The position numbers and the translations under genes were made by a program. Positions 53,521 to 64,000 of a stretch of 64,000 bases of DNA are shown here, in pieces. Origin of the DNA: Octopus vulgaris (Eukaryota); NCBI GenBank assembly GCA_951406725.2, contig OX597823.1, positions 11,780,001 to 11,844,000 of the forward strand, given 5' to 3'. Positions within the stretch are counted from its first letter, which is position 1; each line of letters begins with the position of its first letter. The notes beneath the pieces are model-generated. The model saw only the letters and a list, made by a program, of their open reading frames with translations. It had not been told where the DNA came from and did no database searches.

Positions 53521-53811
53521 TAAACAGGCTTTCACCAGTAATAAATATAGACTGGTCTGCTTCTTAGAGTGTGCTTCTTCTCCGTTTTTATGCTTTTCTA
53601 TAAAAAAAAAAAAACGATATATATGTGTATATGTGTGTGTGTGTGTGTGTATGTGCGTGCATGTGTGCGTGTGTGTGTGTGTAACAAACATGCGTACAAA
53701 TACTTGTATAAGAATATTTGAGACGTAGAGATACAAAGACAAGATATCTGTAAGAAACATTACGTATAACATAACCTGTTAGTTTAGGTAAAAACACATA
53801 CACATATACAC

Positions 53812-53856
<45 letters not shown>

Positions 53857-53857
53857 A

Positions 53858-53909
<52 letters not shown>

Positions 53910-53980
53910 CATGACCTCGTCTGTATCACTAGCGATTTTTTCCCTCTGTCTTCCCTTCTCGGGATCTTTCCTTGTCCTAT

Positions 53981-54015
53981 GTTTCCGACGAAGAGCTCCG
54001 CTCGAAACGTCAAAC
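53981..54015 (+). ncRNA. Minimal type I hammerhead motif with core variant CCGACGA
   Basis: GTTT-CCGACGA-A-GAGC-TCC-GCTC-GAAA-CGTC-AAAC: stems I and II paired, ACGT palindromic stem III, GUC site. Lies in a microsatellite-flanked element ~53911-54117. Confidence 0.72.
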
Positions 54016-54113
54016 CCTCCTTCTTCCCTTCTTTCCCGAGCGTCCAATAATACTTTATTTGTTCCACGTCCTCGCGTAGCTGTGTTTTTGTTTTTGTTTT
54101 CTTGTTTGGATTA

Positions 54114-54156
<43 letters not shown>

Positions 54157-54331
54157 GTATAAGCATACACACACACACTCTCTCACACAAACACACACAC
54201 GTATTGTTAGAGATGTAGTTGCATTCATAGATACGCACAAAAGCACACGCACATGCATACACACACAAACATATACGCACGGATAGAGAGAAAGAGTAGG
54301 AGACGGTGAAACAGCGATTGAGAGACATAGT

Positions 54332-54367
<36 letters not shown>

Positions 54368-54520
54368 AAAGGAGAGAAGGCGGGAGTTAGAGCTTACACT
54401 CAGGTCGATGTGCTGTGTGAGTATGACGTGTGTGAGCATCCTTTTGTTTGTCTACAAATATGCAAATGTGTGCACGTTTGTCATGTAAGAGTGTGAGATT
54501 CAGAGCATGTATTATGTGTA

Positions 54521-54902
54521 GAAGCACTCCGTCGGTTACGACGACGAGGGTTCCGGTTGATCCGAATCAACGGAACAGCCTGCACGTGAAATTAACGTGT
54601 AAGTGGCTGAGCACTCCACAGATACGTGTACACTTAACGCAGTTCTCGGGGATATTCAGCGTGACACAGAGAGTGACAAGGCCGGCCCTTTGAAATACAG
54701 GTACAACAGAAACAGGAAGTAAGAGTGAGAGAAAGTTGTGGTGAAAGAGTACAGCAGGGATCACCACCATCCCTGCCGGAGCCTCGTGGATCTTTAGGTG
54801 TTTTCGCTCAATAAACACTCACAACGCCCGGTCTGGGAATTGAAACTGCGATCCTATGACTGCGAGTCCGCTGCCCTAACCACTGGGCCATTGCGCCTCC
54901 AC
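54521..54902 (-). mobile_element. Full-length family C SINE
   Basis: Matches 60906-61294 and 38723-39093. Confidence 0.9.
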
Positions 54903-55019
54903 TGTGTATTATATACGTATATGCGTTGATGTAATCGACTTAATCTGTTTGTCTGTCCTCGTTTGTCCCCTCTGTGTTTAGCCCCTTGTGGGTAGTAACG
55001 AAATAAATATATATACGTA

Positions 55020-55058
<39 letters not shown>

Positions 55059-55265
55059 GTTTGTGCGTGTGTGTCTGTGTTTCTCACTCACCACTGCTTG
55101 ATAACCGGTGTTGGTGCGTTTACGTCCCCGTAGCCTAGCGGTTCGGCAAAATAGAAAAAAAAAGTACGGGGGTAGATTCGTTTGCCAATAATTTTTCAAG
55201 GCGGTGCCCCAGCGTGGGCGCAGTCTAAACAAGCAAAACAAAAACCAAATAAAGGATATATATAT

Positions 55266-55679
55266 CTCTTTTTACTCTTTTACTTGTTTCAGTCATTTGA
55301 CTGCGGCCATGCTGGAACACCACCTTTAGTCGAGCAACTCGACCCTGGGACTTATTCTTTGCAAGCCCAGTACTTATTCTATCGGTCTCTTTTGCCGAAC
55401 CGCTAAGTAACGGGGACATAAACACACCAGCATCGGTTGTCAAGCAATGCTAGGGGGACAAACAGACGCACAAACACAGACACACACACGCATATATATA
55501 TATATATACATATATACGACAGGCTTCTTTCAGTTTCCGTCTACCAAATCCACTCACAAGGCATTGGTCAGCCCGGGGCTATAGCAGAAGACACTTGCCC
55601 AAGGTGTCACGCAGTGGGACTGAACCCGGAACCATGTAGTTGGTTAGCAAGCTACTTACCACACAGCCACTCCTGCGCC
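55266..55679 (-). mobile_element. Family A SINE
   Basis: Reverse complement of the consensus, abutting a plus-strand family A 3' fragment at ~55020-55260. Confidence 0.9.
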
Positions 55680-55683
55680 TGTA

Positions 55684-55744
<61 letters not shown>

Positions 55745-55902
55745 ATAAGATTGATATTTAAAATACTGATCTTAGATGGCTAGCATGGGGAAAAAAAGGA
55801 CCTTCTCTCCTAGTGCTGTATGAACATTTAATGTGGTTTTAGAGTCAAGTTTTGACTGCTATTTCCAGCACGGTGGTATCTCTTAGATACCCTAAATTAT
55901 AT

Positions 55903-56289
55903 ATATTTCTTTACTACCCAAAAGGGGCTAAACACAGAGGGGACAAACAAAGACAGACATGGGGATTAAGTCGATTACATTGACTCAAGTGCATAACTGG
56001 TACTTTGTTTATCGACCCCGAAAGGATGAAAGGCAAAGTCGACCTAGGCGGAATTTGAACTCGGAACGTAAAGGCAGACGAAATACCAATTTCTTTACTA
56101 CCCACAAGGGGCTAAACACAGAGGGGACAAACAAAGACAGACAAGGGGATTAAGTCGATTACATTGACTCCAGTGCATAACTGGTACTTAATTTATCGAC
56201 CCCCGAAAGGATGAAAGGCAAAGTCGACCTCGGCGGAATTTGAACTCAGAACGTAATGACAGACGAAATACGGCTACGCATTTTGCCCA
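55903..56289 (-). mobile_element. Family B SINE dimer, 5'-truncated
   Basis: Two ~184-bp units with the junction GAAATTG|GTATTTCGTC at ~56087. Confidence 0.88.
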
Positions 56290-56765
56290 TACTTGTGTAT
56301 ATGTATATGTATATGTGTGAATGTGTGTGCGTGCGTGCATGTGTGTGTGCGTGCGTGCATGTGTGTGTGTATGTTTGTGTGTCTGTGTGTGTGTGTGTGT
56401 AAACTACATCTTCTGATGCCCACGCGCTTTAGAAACACAAGTGATCATCGCTTCTTACTTGAGTGCTGAAAATCTCCATTACTCCACGTAGTTCTAACAT
56501 CGCCGTTTGGTGGTTTTATGAAGAAGGAAGTTGATGAGGATGGATGGACGACTGATGAGTGGGTTGACTACTTAGAAAATCCATCTGCTCTCAGCTACTT
56601 GTATAACAGTATTGGACATCATACAAAGCAGTCACTGCTGCAATGAAAGACCACATTGAAAAATTGTATATGACAGTATATATATCCATGTGTTCATATG
56701 CGTGTGTGTATTCTTATCAATGCACGTATGGAAATACTTTTATGTAAGTAAATGTACATATACAT

Positions 56766-56832
<67 letters not shown>

Positions 56833-56983
56833 AATTAAGGACTGAACACGAAAAGTGGACAGTCAACATGCTAGATATAGACGTCAAATCGTCATTCTCC
56901 ACAAAAGATTATGTTCTCAGATCAAACTCAACACAAAACCATAGCAATAAACAAGTGAAAAATATACGAAATAAAATAATTAC

Positions 56984-57048
56984 CCATGTACTAACTTAGT
57001 TTCAGCTGTTATTTTCCGCAAGGAAAACTGCAGCCATCATCAGCATGG
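56984..57048 (-). ncRNA. Type I hammerhead ribozyme, array copy 1
   Basis: Minus strand CCATG-CTGATGA-T-GGCTG-CAG-TTTTCC-TTGC-GGAAAA-TAA-CAGCT-GAAA-CTAA-G-TTAG-TA-CATGG. Predicted cut between 56989 and 56988. Confidence 0.9.
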
Positions 57049-57488
57049 TCCGTTATAAATGTAATTTGCTGGACTAAATGCAAACACGATACCGAAATAT
57101 CGCGTGCATGGAGTTCAGCCTATTACATTTGAATATATCTTTCAAATGCCTTTACTTTGGCTCGTTGAGACCCGAGAAAACTAGCCTGCAGCTAATAATT
57201 AGCAGCAGTTAATTTATCGGTTAGAGAACATTTATTTATATAAAATTAATTAAGGGTAGAAATTGATATTTATCAATTAAGACCAGTGGTCTAGCATATT
57301 AAAAAAGAATCCGAAGATTAAAATATTTATATATACCAATTAAGGACTGAACACGAAAAGTGGACAGTCAACATGCTAGATATAGACGTCAAATCGTCAT
57401 TCTCCACAAAAGATTATGTTCTCAGATCAAACTCAACACAAAACCATAGCAATAAACAAGTGAAAAATATACGAAATAAAATAATTAC

Positions 57489-57553
57489 CCATGTACTAAC
57501 TTAGTTTCAGCTGTTATTTTCCGCAAGGAAAACTGCAGCCATCATCAGCATGG
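57489..57553 (-). ncRNA. Type I hammerhead ribozyme, array copy 2
   Basis: Identical to copy 1, offset +505. Confidence 0.9.
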
Positions 57554-57993
57554 TCCGTTATAAATGTAATTTGCTGGACTAAATGCAAACACGATACCGA
57601 AATATCGCGTGCATGGAGTTCAGCCTATTACATTTGAATATATCTTTCAAATGCCTTTACTTTGGCTCGTTGAGACCCGAGAAAACTAGCCTGCAGCTAA
57701 TAATTAGCAGCAGTTAATTTATCGGTTAGAGAACATTTATTTATATAAAATTAATTAAGGGTAGAAATTGATATTTATCAATTAAGACCAGTGGTCTAGC
57801 ATATTAAAAAAGAATCCGAAGATTAAAATATTTATATATACCAATTAAGGACTGAACACGAAAAGTGGACAGTCAACATGCTAGATATAGACGTCAAATC
57901 GTCATTCTCCACAAAAGATTATGTTCTCAGATCAAACTCAACACAAAACCATAGCAATAAACAAGTGAAAAATATACGAAATAAAATAATTAC

Positions 57994-58058
57994 CCATGTA
58001 CTAACTTAGTTTCAGCTGTTATTTTCCGCAAGGAAAACTGCAGCCATCATCAGCATGG
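57994..58058 (-). ncRNA. Type I hammerhead ribozyme, array copy 3
   Basis: Identical to copy 1, offset +1010. Confidence 0.9.
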
Positions 58059-58228
58059 TCCGTTATAAATGTAATTTGCTGGACTAAATGCAAACACGAT
58101 ACCGAAATATCGCGTGCATGGAGTTCAGCCTATTACATTTGAATATATCTTTCAAATGCCTTTACTTTGGCGCGTTGAGACATATATATATCCTTTTATC
58201 CTTATATTAGAAGTTGAGATATATATAT

Positions 58229-58278
58229 ATATCCTTTTATCCTTATATTAGAAGTAAATATATATGTACACACACACA

Positions 58279-58343
<65 letters not shown>

Positions 58344-58536
58344 GTATAATATAAAATGGGGCAAGAGCGCAAAACAGCCGGACAGCTAGGTGATACAAAA
58401 AGGGACAACAAACCATCCAGATAGACGATATAGAGAAAACAAGGACGGGCCATTCGAAGCCCTCGATCCTCAGTCAAGCACCAAATTATCATCGCAATTT
58501 CGGCTGATTGCTCCAATCTGACCAGCCCCAAGGAAA

Positions 58537-58606
<70 letters not shown>

Positions 58607-58890
58607 CCTTTTATCTTTATATTAGAAGTAAATATATATGTACACACATAAACACACACACACACACACACATATATATAATATAAAATGGGGCAAGAGC
58701 GTTAAACAGCCGGACAGCTAGGTGATACAAAAAGGGACAACAAAACATCTAGATAGACGATATAGACAAAACAAGGACGGGTCATTCGAAGATCTCTATC
58801 CTCAGTCAAGCGCCAGTTTATCATCGCAATTTCGGCTGATTATTCTTGAGATTGCTCCAATCTGGCCAGCTCCAAGGAAAAACTATATAT
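58229..58890. repeat. Diverged tandem duplication of a (TA)n/(CA)n-flanked ~190-bp element
   Basis: AATATAAAATGGGGCAAGAGCG...CCAAGGAAAAACT at ~58348-58540 and ~58680-58884, each preceded by ATATCCTTTTATC.TTATATTAGAAGTAAAT. Confidence 0.85.
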
Positions 58891-58898
58891 ATATATAC

Positions 58899-58971
<73 letters not shown>

Positions 58972-59284
58972 CATACATATATATATATAAATATATATCA
59001 ATAATAACAAAGGGTAAAATTAATTAATTAAGAAGTAATCAATAAATTTCACCAAGTAGGATTCGGTATGAAAACAGGACCGCTAACACGGTAAATTTTA
59101 GTAATACTAATAAAAAGGGTTCAGCAAAAGAATTGCCTCACCGCATACCGAAGTTCAGAAATAGCAGCCAAAATCTTAGCCATTTCTTCTACTTTAAAAA
59201 GGGTCTTCCAGAGAACCCAAAATACTTGAAGTTTAATCACACAGACAGAGAGTAAAGCAAACGAAAATCAATCAATATCCGATC

Positions 59285-59372
59285 ATCCATAGACGCGCGT
59301 TTCTGAATTAGGTTTTTACATAAAGAATATAAAAAATATACTTTACTAACCATATTCTTCATCAGTATGGAT
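59285..59372 (-). ncRNA. Type I hammerhead ribozyme with long stem II
   Basis: Minus strand ATCCATA-CTGATGA-A-GAAT-...GGTT..TAAAG...CTTTA...AACC..-ATTC-A-GAAA-CGCGCG-TC-TATGGAT: stem I 7 bp, canonical core, palindromic stem III, GUC site. Confidence 0.82.
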
Positions 59373-59409
59373 TTTCTGTTATAATCCGGATTATAATATA
59401 TATATATAC

Positions 59410-59563
<154 letters not shown>

Positions 59564-60146
59564 AAGAGGATTTGAAAATGCAGATTTTAAAGATGTTTAT
59601 TGACTTGACCGGTTTCACTTTAAAAAAAAAAGATTTTTAAAAATAAAATGTAAGGTTTTGTGTAGCCATTGAGATATTAAAACAAGTTAACATGGATGTA
59701 TTAAAATTGATGATAGAGTCTTTGACAATGATAAGAAAATGTTAAGAAATAGAATCTTCGACAATGATAAGAAATTGTCGTTATGATGGACCTGAGGAAA
59801 TTTTGCACCTCTTCTCACCTGCGTCCTGTGTCGAGTGTCGCCTTACCGCCATTAACTATACTTCTGAATGTAGACAGTATGTGATAGGAGAAAGCATTGC
59901 TTAGTAAAAACTTCATCAGAAATCATATTTAGATATTTATACAGGATTTTAAGGGAATGACAAACCTTTTTTCTTCAACTCCGGTCTTATATGTGTGTTT
60001 GTGAAGAATGATTGCCATTTTTAGAAATAGTGTGGGAGGTTGGTTGGTGGGGGATGCATTCACATGATCTGATTTCGAATTGTTTGTGGAATCAAAAGGA
60101 TTTTTTGTTTCTGGGCTAGTCTCTCAAGTTTTGGTGGATTTTGGAC

Positions 60147-60370
60147 TGGTCTGTATTTTTGAAGAAAGGATATTTTCCTTATTTATCTGTGTTTGGTCAG
60201 TGGTGCTGTCTGGGCACTGGTACAGTGGGAAAACTAGGAATTTGGGGGACTTATTTTGTGCATAGATATCTAAGTGGTATCTGTCTTGTGATGGAATCCC
60301 TTAATTGTTGGTGGTGGACTTTGAGGGTAAGGCTAGTTTGCCCTGTGTAGTCTTCGTGGTACCCTTCACA
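60147..60370 (-). pseudogene. Penelope-like element GIY-YIG endonuclease C-terminal relic
   Basis: Frameshifted reading CEGYHEDYTGQTSLTLKVHHQQLRDSITRQIPL / DIYAQNKSPKFLVFPLYQCPDSTTDQTQINKEN / FLQKYRP matches the PLE pattern C..C...YIGQT...H......KE..FI..Y.P. Confidence 0.8.
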
Positions 60371-60744
60371 CCATTCTTGCCACTGACGATTTTTCTTTTC
60401 GTCAAATGTCTAATCTTAATTAATTAAACGTGATTTTTGTTTTGCTATCCACATTCTGTATTGTCATGCTCTTAATTATAAACACTGAAATTGTGGTATA
60501 GCCGGATGTTTAAGAACTTCATCTCATTATTATGAAGTCTTGGGTTTGCTTCGTCTACGTAACATCACTTTCTTTAGCGTCAAGTCGACCCATAACTTGT
60601 GAATGAAATTATGTAGATGGAAATTCTTTAGAAGCACGTCTGATGGATTATATCTGTAACTGACAATTGATAAGTCCCTTACCACTGCAGCTATGCAGCG
60701 TATCTAGGGCTAGAAAGCCCGGCGGAGCCCATCTCTCTCTAGGC

Positions 60745-60893
60745 TAAACTCATTTCTACAGCTGAATGGACTGGAGCAACGTGAAGTGAAGTGTTTTGCT
60801 CAAGAACACAATGCATCACCCGGTCCAGGAATCGAAACCACAATCTTACGATCGTGAGTCCAACACCCTAACCACTAAGCCACGCGTCTCCAC
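60745..60893 (-). mobile_element. Older tRNA-head SINE related to family C
   Basis: GTGGAGACGCGTGGCTTAGTGGTTAGGG...GGTTTCGATTCC...TTGTGTTCTTGAGCAAAACACTT. Confidence 0.75.
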
Positions 60894-60905
60894 ATATCCG
60901 TAACT

Positions 60906-61294
60906 GGATGGAAGCACTCCGTCGGTTACGACGATGAGGGTTCCGGTTGATACGAATCAACGGAACAGCCTGCTCGTGAAATTAACGTGTAAGTGGTTGA
61001 GCACTCCACAGACACGTACACCCTTAACGTAGTTCTCGGGGATATTCAGCGTGACACAGAGAGTGACAAGGCCGGCCCTTTGAAATACAGGTACAACAGA
61101 AACAGGATGTAAGAGTGAGAGAAAGTTGTGGTGAAAGAGTACAGCAGGGATCACCACCATCCCCTGCCGGAGCCTCGTGGAGCTTTTAGGTGTTTTCGCT
61201 CAATAAACACTCACAACGCCCGGTCTGGGAATCGAAACCGCGATCCTATGACCGCGAGTCCGCTGCCCTAACCACTGGGCCATTGCGCCTCCAC
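60906..61294 (-). mobile_element. Full-length family C SINE with TSD
   Basis: ATATCCGTAACT at 60894-60905 and ATATCTGTAACT at 61295-61306. Confidence 0.9.
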
Positions 61295-61754
61295 ATATCT
61301 GTAACTAAAACGGCACAAACCTTGTCACAGTGTCACGGTGATTACATTTGAAAATTACTTTGAGTACACGTCTCCGTAGTATACTCGACAACAAACACGC
61401 TAATTCAATGGAACCTGTGACTTCAGTTCAGTGAGCAGTTGAAAATTCATGGTCGGAAATTGTAACCGAGATCTACTAAATATAAATACTAAAACTTAGG
61501 ACCATTATGGAGATGTGCTGATCCGTGAGACAGACTTTATCTTCTATCTTTTGCTTATTTTATTCATTTTAGAGTGCGGCCCTACTGGGGCACTGCCTCG
61601 GAGAATTTTTTGTCGAATGAATCGAAGTAGTGCCTATTATTTATTTTAAGCTTGACACCTATTCTATCGGTGTCCTTTTGCTGAAATGCTACGCTACCGG
61701 GACATAAATACACCAATATGGTTGTCAAGTGGAGATCACACACACACATACACA

Positions 61755-61827
<73 letters not shown>

Positions 61828-61865
61828 ACACACACATACACACACACGACGGTCTTCTTTCAGTT

Positions 61866-62536
61866 TCTTATTTCTTTATTGCCCACAAGGTGCTAAACAC
61901 AGAGGGGACAAACAAGGACAGACAAACGGATTAAGTCGATTATATCTACCCGAGTGCTTAACTGGTACTTAATCGACCCCGAAAGGATTCGACCTCGGCG
62001 AATCGACGTAGCGGCAGACGAAAGGGGCTAAACACAGAGAGGACAAACAAGGACAGATGAAAGGCAAAGTCGACCTCGGCGAATTTGAACTCAGAACGTA
62101 GCGGCAGACGAAATACCTATTTCTTTACTACCCACAAGGGGCTAAACACAGAGAGGACAAACAAGGACAGACAAACGGATTAAGTTGATAATATAGACCC
62201 CAGTGCGTAACTGGTACTTAATTTATCGACTCCGAAAGGATGAAAGGCAAAGTCGACCTCGGCGGAATTTGAACTCAGAACGTAGCGGCAGACGAAATAC
62301 CTATTTCTTTACTACCCACAAGGGGCTAAACACAGAGAGGACAAACAAGGACAGACAAACGGATTAAGTTGATAATATAGACCCCAGTGCGTAACTGGTA
62401 CTTAATTTATCGACTCCGAAAGGATGAAAGGCAAAGTCGACCTCGGCGGAATTTGAACTCAGAACGTAGCGGCAGACGAAATACCGCTAAGCATTTCGCC
62501 TGGCATGCTTAACGTTTCTGCCAGCTCGCCGCCTTC
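61866..62536 (-). mobile_element. Family B SINE multimer (184-bp period) abutting a degenerate family A SINE
   Basis: Identical units repeat at 62116 and 62300. Scrambled fragments at 61975-62110. Family A 3' part at ~61540-61865. Confidence 0.88.
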
Positions 62537-62690
62537 TTACCACACAGCAACACCTGTACTTGTTTCACCTATTCTTATTTTAACAAGTAGTCGTCTATTA
62601 CTTACGCTCAACACCATGATAAGAGGAGATATGACATTTGTTTACTGGTTAGAGCAAATGACCACCTGTCGGAACCGTTTAGTATTATAA

Positions 62691-62917
62691 TGGAGGCGCA
62701 ATGGCCCAGTGGTTAGGGCAGCGGACTCGCGGTCATAGGATCGCGGTTTCGATTCCCAGACCGGGCGTTGTGAGTGATTATCCCCGAGAACTACGTTAAG
62801 GGTACACGTGTCTGTGGAGTGCTCAGCCACTTACACGTTAATTTCACGAGCAGGCTGTTCCGTTGATTCGGATCAACCGGAACCCTCGTCGTCGCAACCG
62901 ACGAAGTGCTTCCATCC
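62691..62917 (+). mobile_element. Internally deleted family C SINE with TSD
   Basis: AGTATTATAATG at 62681-62692 and 62918-62929. Confidence 0.88.
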
Positions 62918-63223
62918 AGTATTATAATGAGTCAACGGTGCCGGTTTTCTCCTTTACTGACTCTAGAGCTTCTACTGCAGAAGCTGGAGGTTCCAGAAAA
63001 GTTTTTTGCAGGAACTATAATAGGGAAAATTCCCGTTTGCATGACGGCGTCACTATCAAAGCGTCGGAGATCAAACACATTAAGGAGATCAGCACTGATC
63101 TGAAGGAAAACGAGGCAGTGATAGGAGCTTAAATTAGTTATGAGAAGTCATCGTGCCTGTAGCTCACATCCTGTACATCTCATCCAACTGCGTAGTGAGG
63201 CGTTAGAAGTATAGACCGGTTAA

Positions 63224-63291
63224 ATCATCATCATCATCATCATCATCATCGTCATCATCACCATCATCATCACCATCATTATCATCATCAC

Positions 63292-63353
<62 letters not shown>

Positions 63354-63412
63354 CCATCACCATCATCATCACCATCACCATCATCACCATCATCACCATC
63401 ATCATCATCATC

Positions 63413-63474
<62 letters not shown>

Positions 63475-63519
63475 CACCATCACCATCATCATCACCATCA
63501 CCATCATTATCATCATCAC

Positions 63520-63563
<44 letters not shown>

Positions 63564-63906
63564 CCATCACCATCATCATAACCATCACCATCATCACCAT
63601 CATCACCATCATCATCATCACCATCACCATCATCACCATCATCACCATCATCATCATCATCACCATCACCATCATCATCATCATCATCACCATCACCATC
63701 ATCATCATTATCACCATCATCATCATCACCATCACCATCATCATCACCATCATCATCATCACCATCATTATCATCATCATCATCATCACCATCACCATCA
63801 CCATCATCATCATTATCACCATCATCATCATCACCATCACCATCATCATCACCATCACCATCATCACCATCATCACCATCATCATCATCACCATCACCAT
63901 CATCAC

Positions 63907-63965
<59 letters not shown>

Positions 63966-64000
63966 CCACCATCATCACCATCATCATCATCATCATCATC
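63224..64000. repeat. (CAT)n/(CAC) trinucleotide array running off the window end
   Basis: Read directly. Explains the poly-Met ORF. Confidence 0.97.

Larger units (their letters stand above)
56831..58181 (-). mobile_element. Retrozyme-like tandem array of 505 + 505 + 341 bp, one hammerhead per unit
   Basis: CCAATTAAGGACTGAACACG starts at 56831, 57336 and 57841. Units essentially identical, flanked by (TA)n, no long ORF. Confidence 0.88.

Noticed and set aside
56540-56586. CTGATGA-GTGG..CTAC-TTA-GAAA as a hammerhead
   Set aside because: Extra bases before GAAA, and no stem III or NUH site.
63220-63999. 259-aa poly-Met/Val (or poly-His) ORF
   Set aside because: Pure CAT/CAC trinucleotide array with no evidence of coding.

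Overview
AT-rich, repeat-saturated eukaryotic DNA, intergenic or intronic. The SINE families and microsatellite load suggest an octopus or other coleoid cephalopod (inference). No host protein-coding gene can be supported: almost every listed ORF is a microsatellite or SINE artefact. The window holds three abundant tRNA-head SINE families and five Tc1/mariner relics, including a DD34E Tc1 with a single premature stop. It also holds GG...CC MITEs with 8-bp TSDs (one family carrying TTAGGG repeats), piggyBac-like MITEs, two non-autonomous Helitrons, RTE and CR1/Jockey-like LINE fragments, a probable solo LTR, and a 6x121-bp tandem array. The main signal is about ten type I hammerhead ribozyme motifs from several unrelated sequence families, most in short (TA)n-flanked elements and several with Penelope-style inverted termini, alongside Penelope GIY-YIG relics. 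The best example is a near-identical 505-bp tandem array (56831-58181) with one intact hammerhead per unit, a retrozyme-like architecture predicted to release 505-nt RNAs that could circularise. A second notable element joins a tRNA Pol III head to a hammerhead and an inverted terminus (16545-16860). All calls were made by eye, and boundaries of degenerate repeats are approximate.
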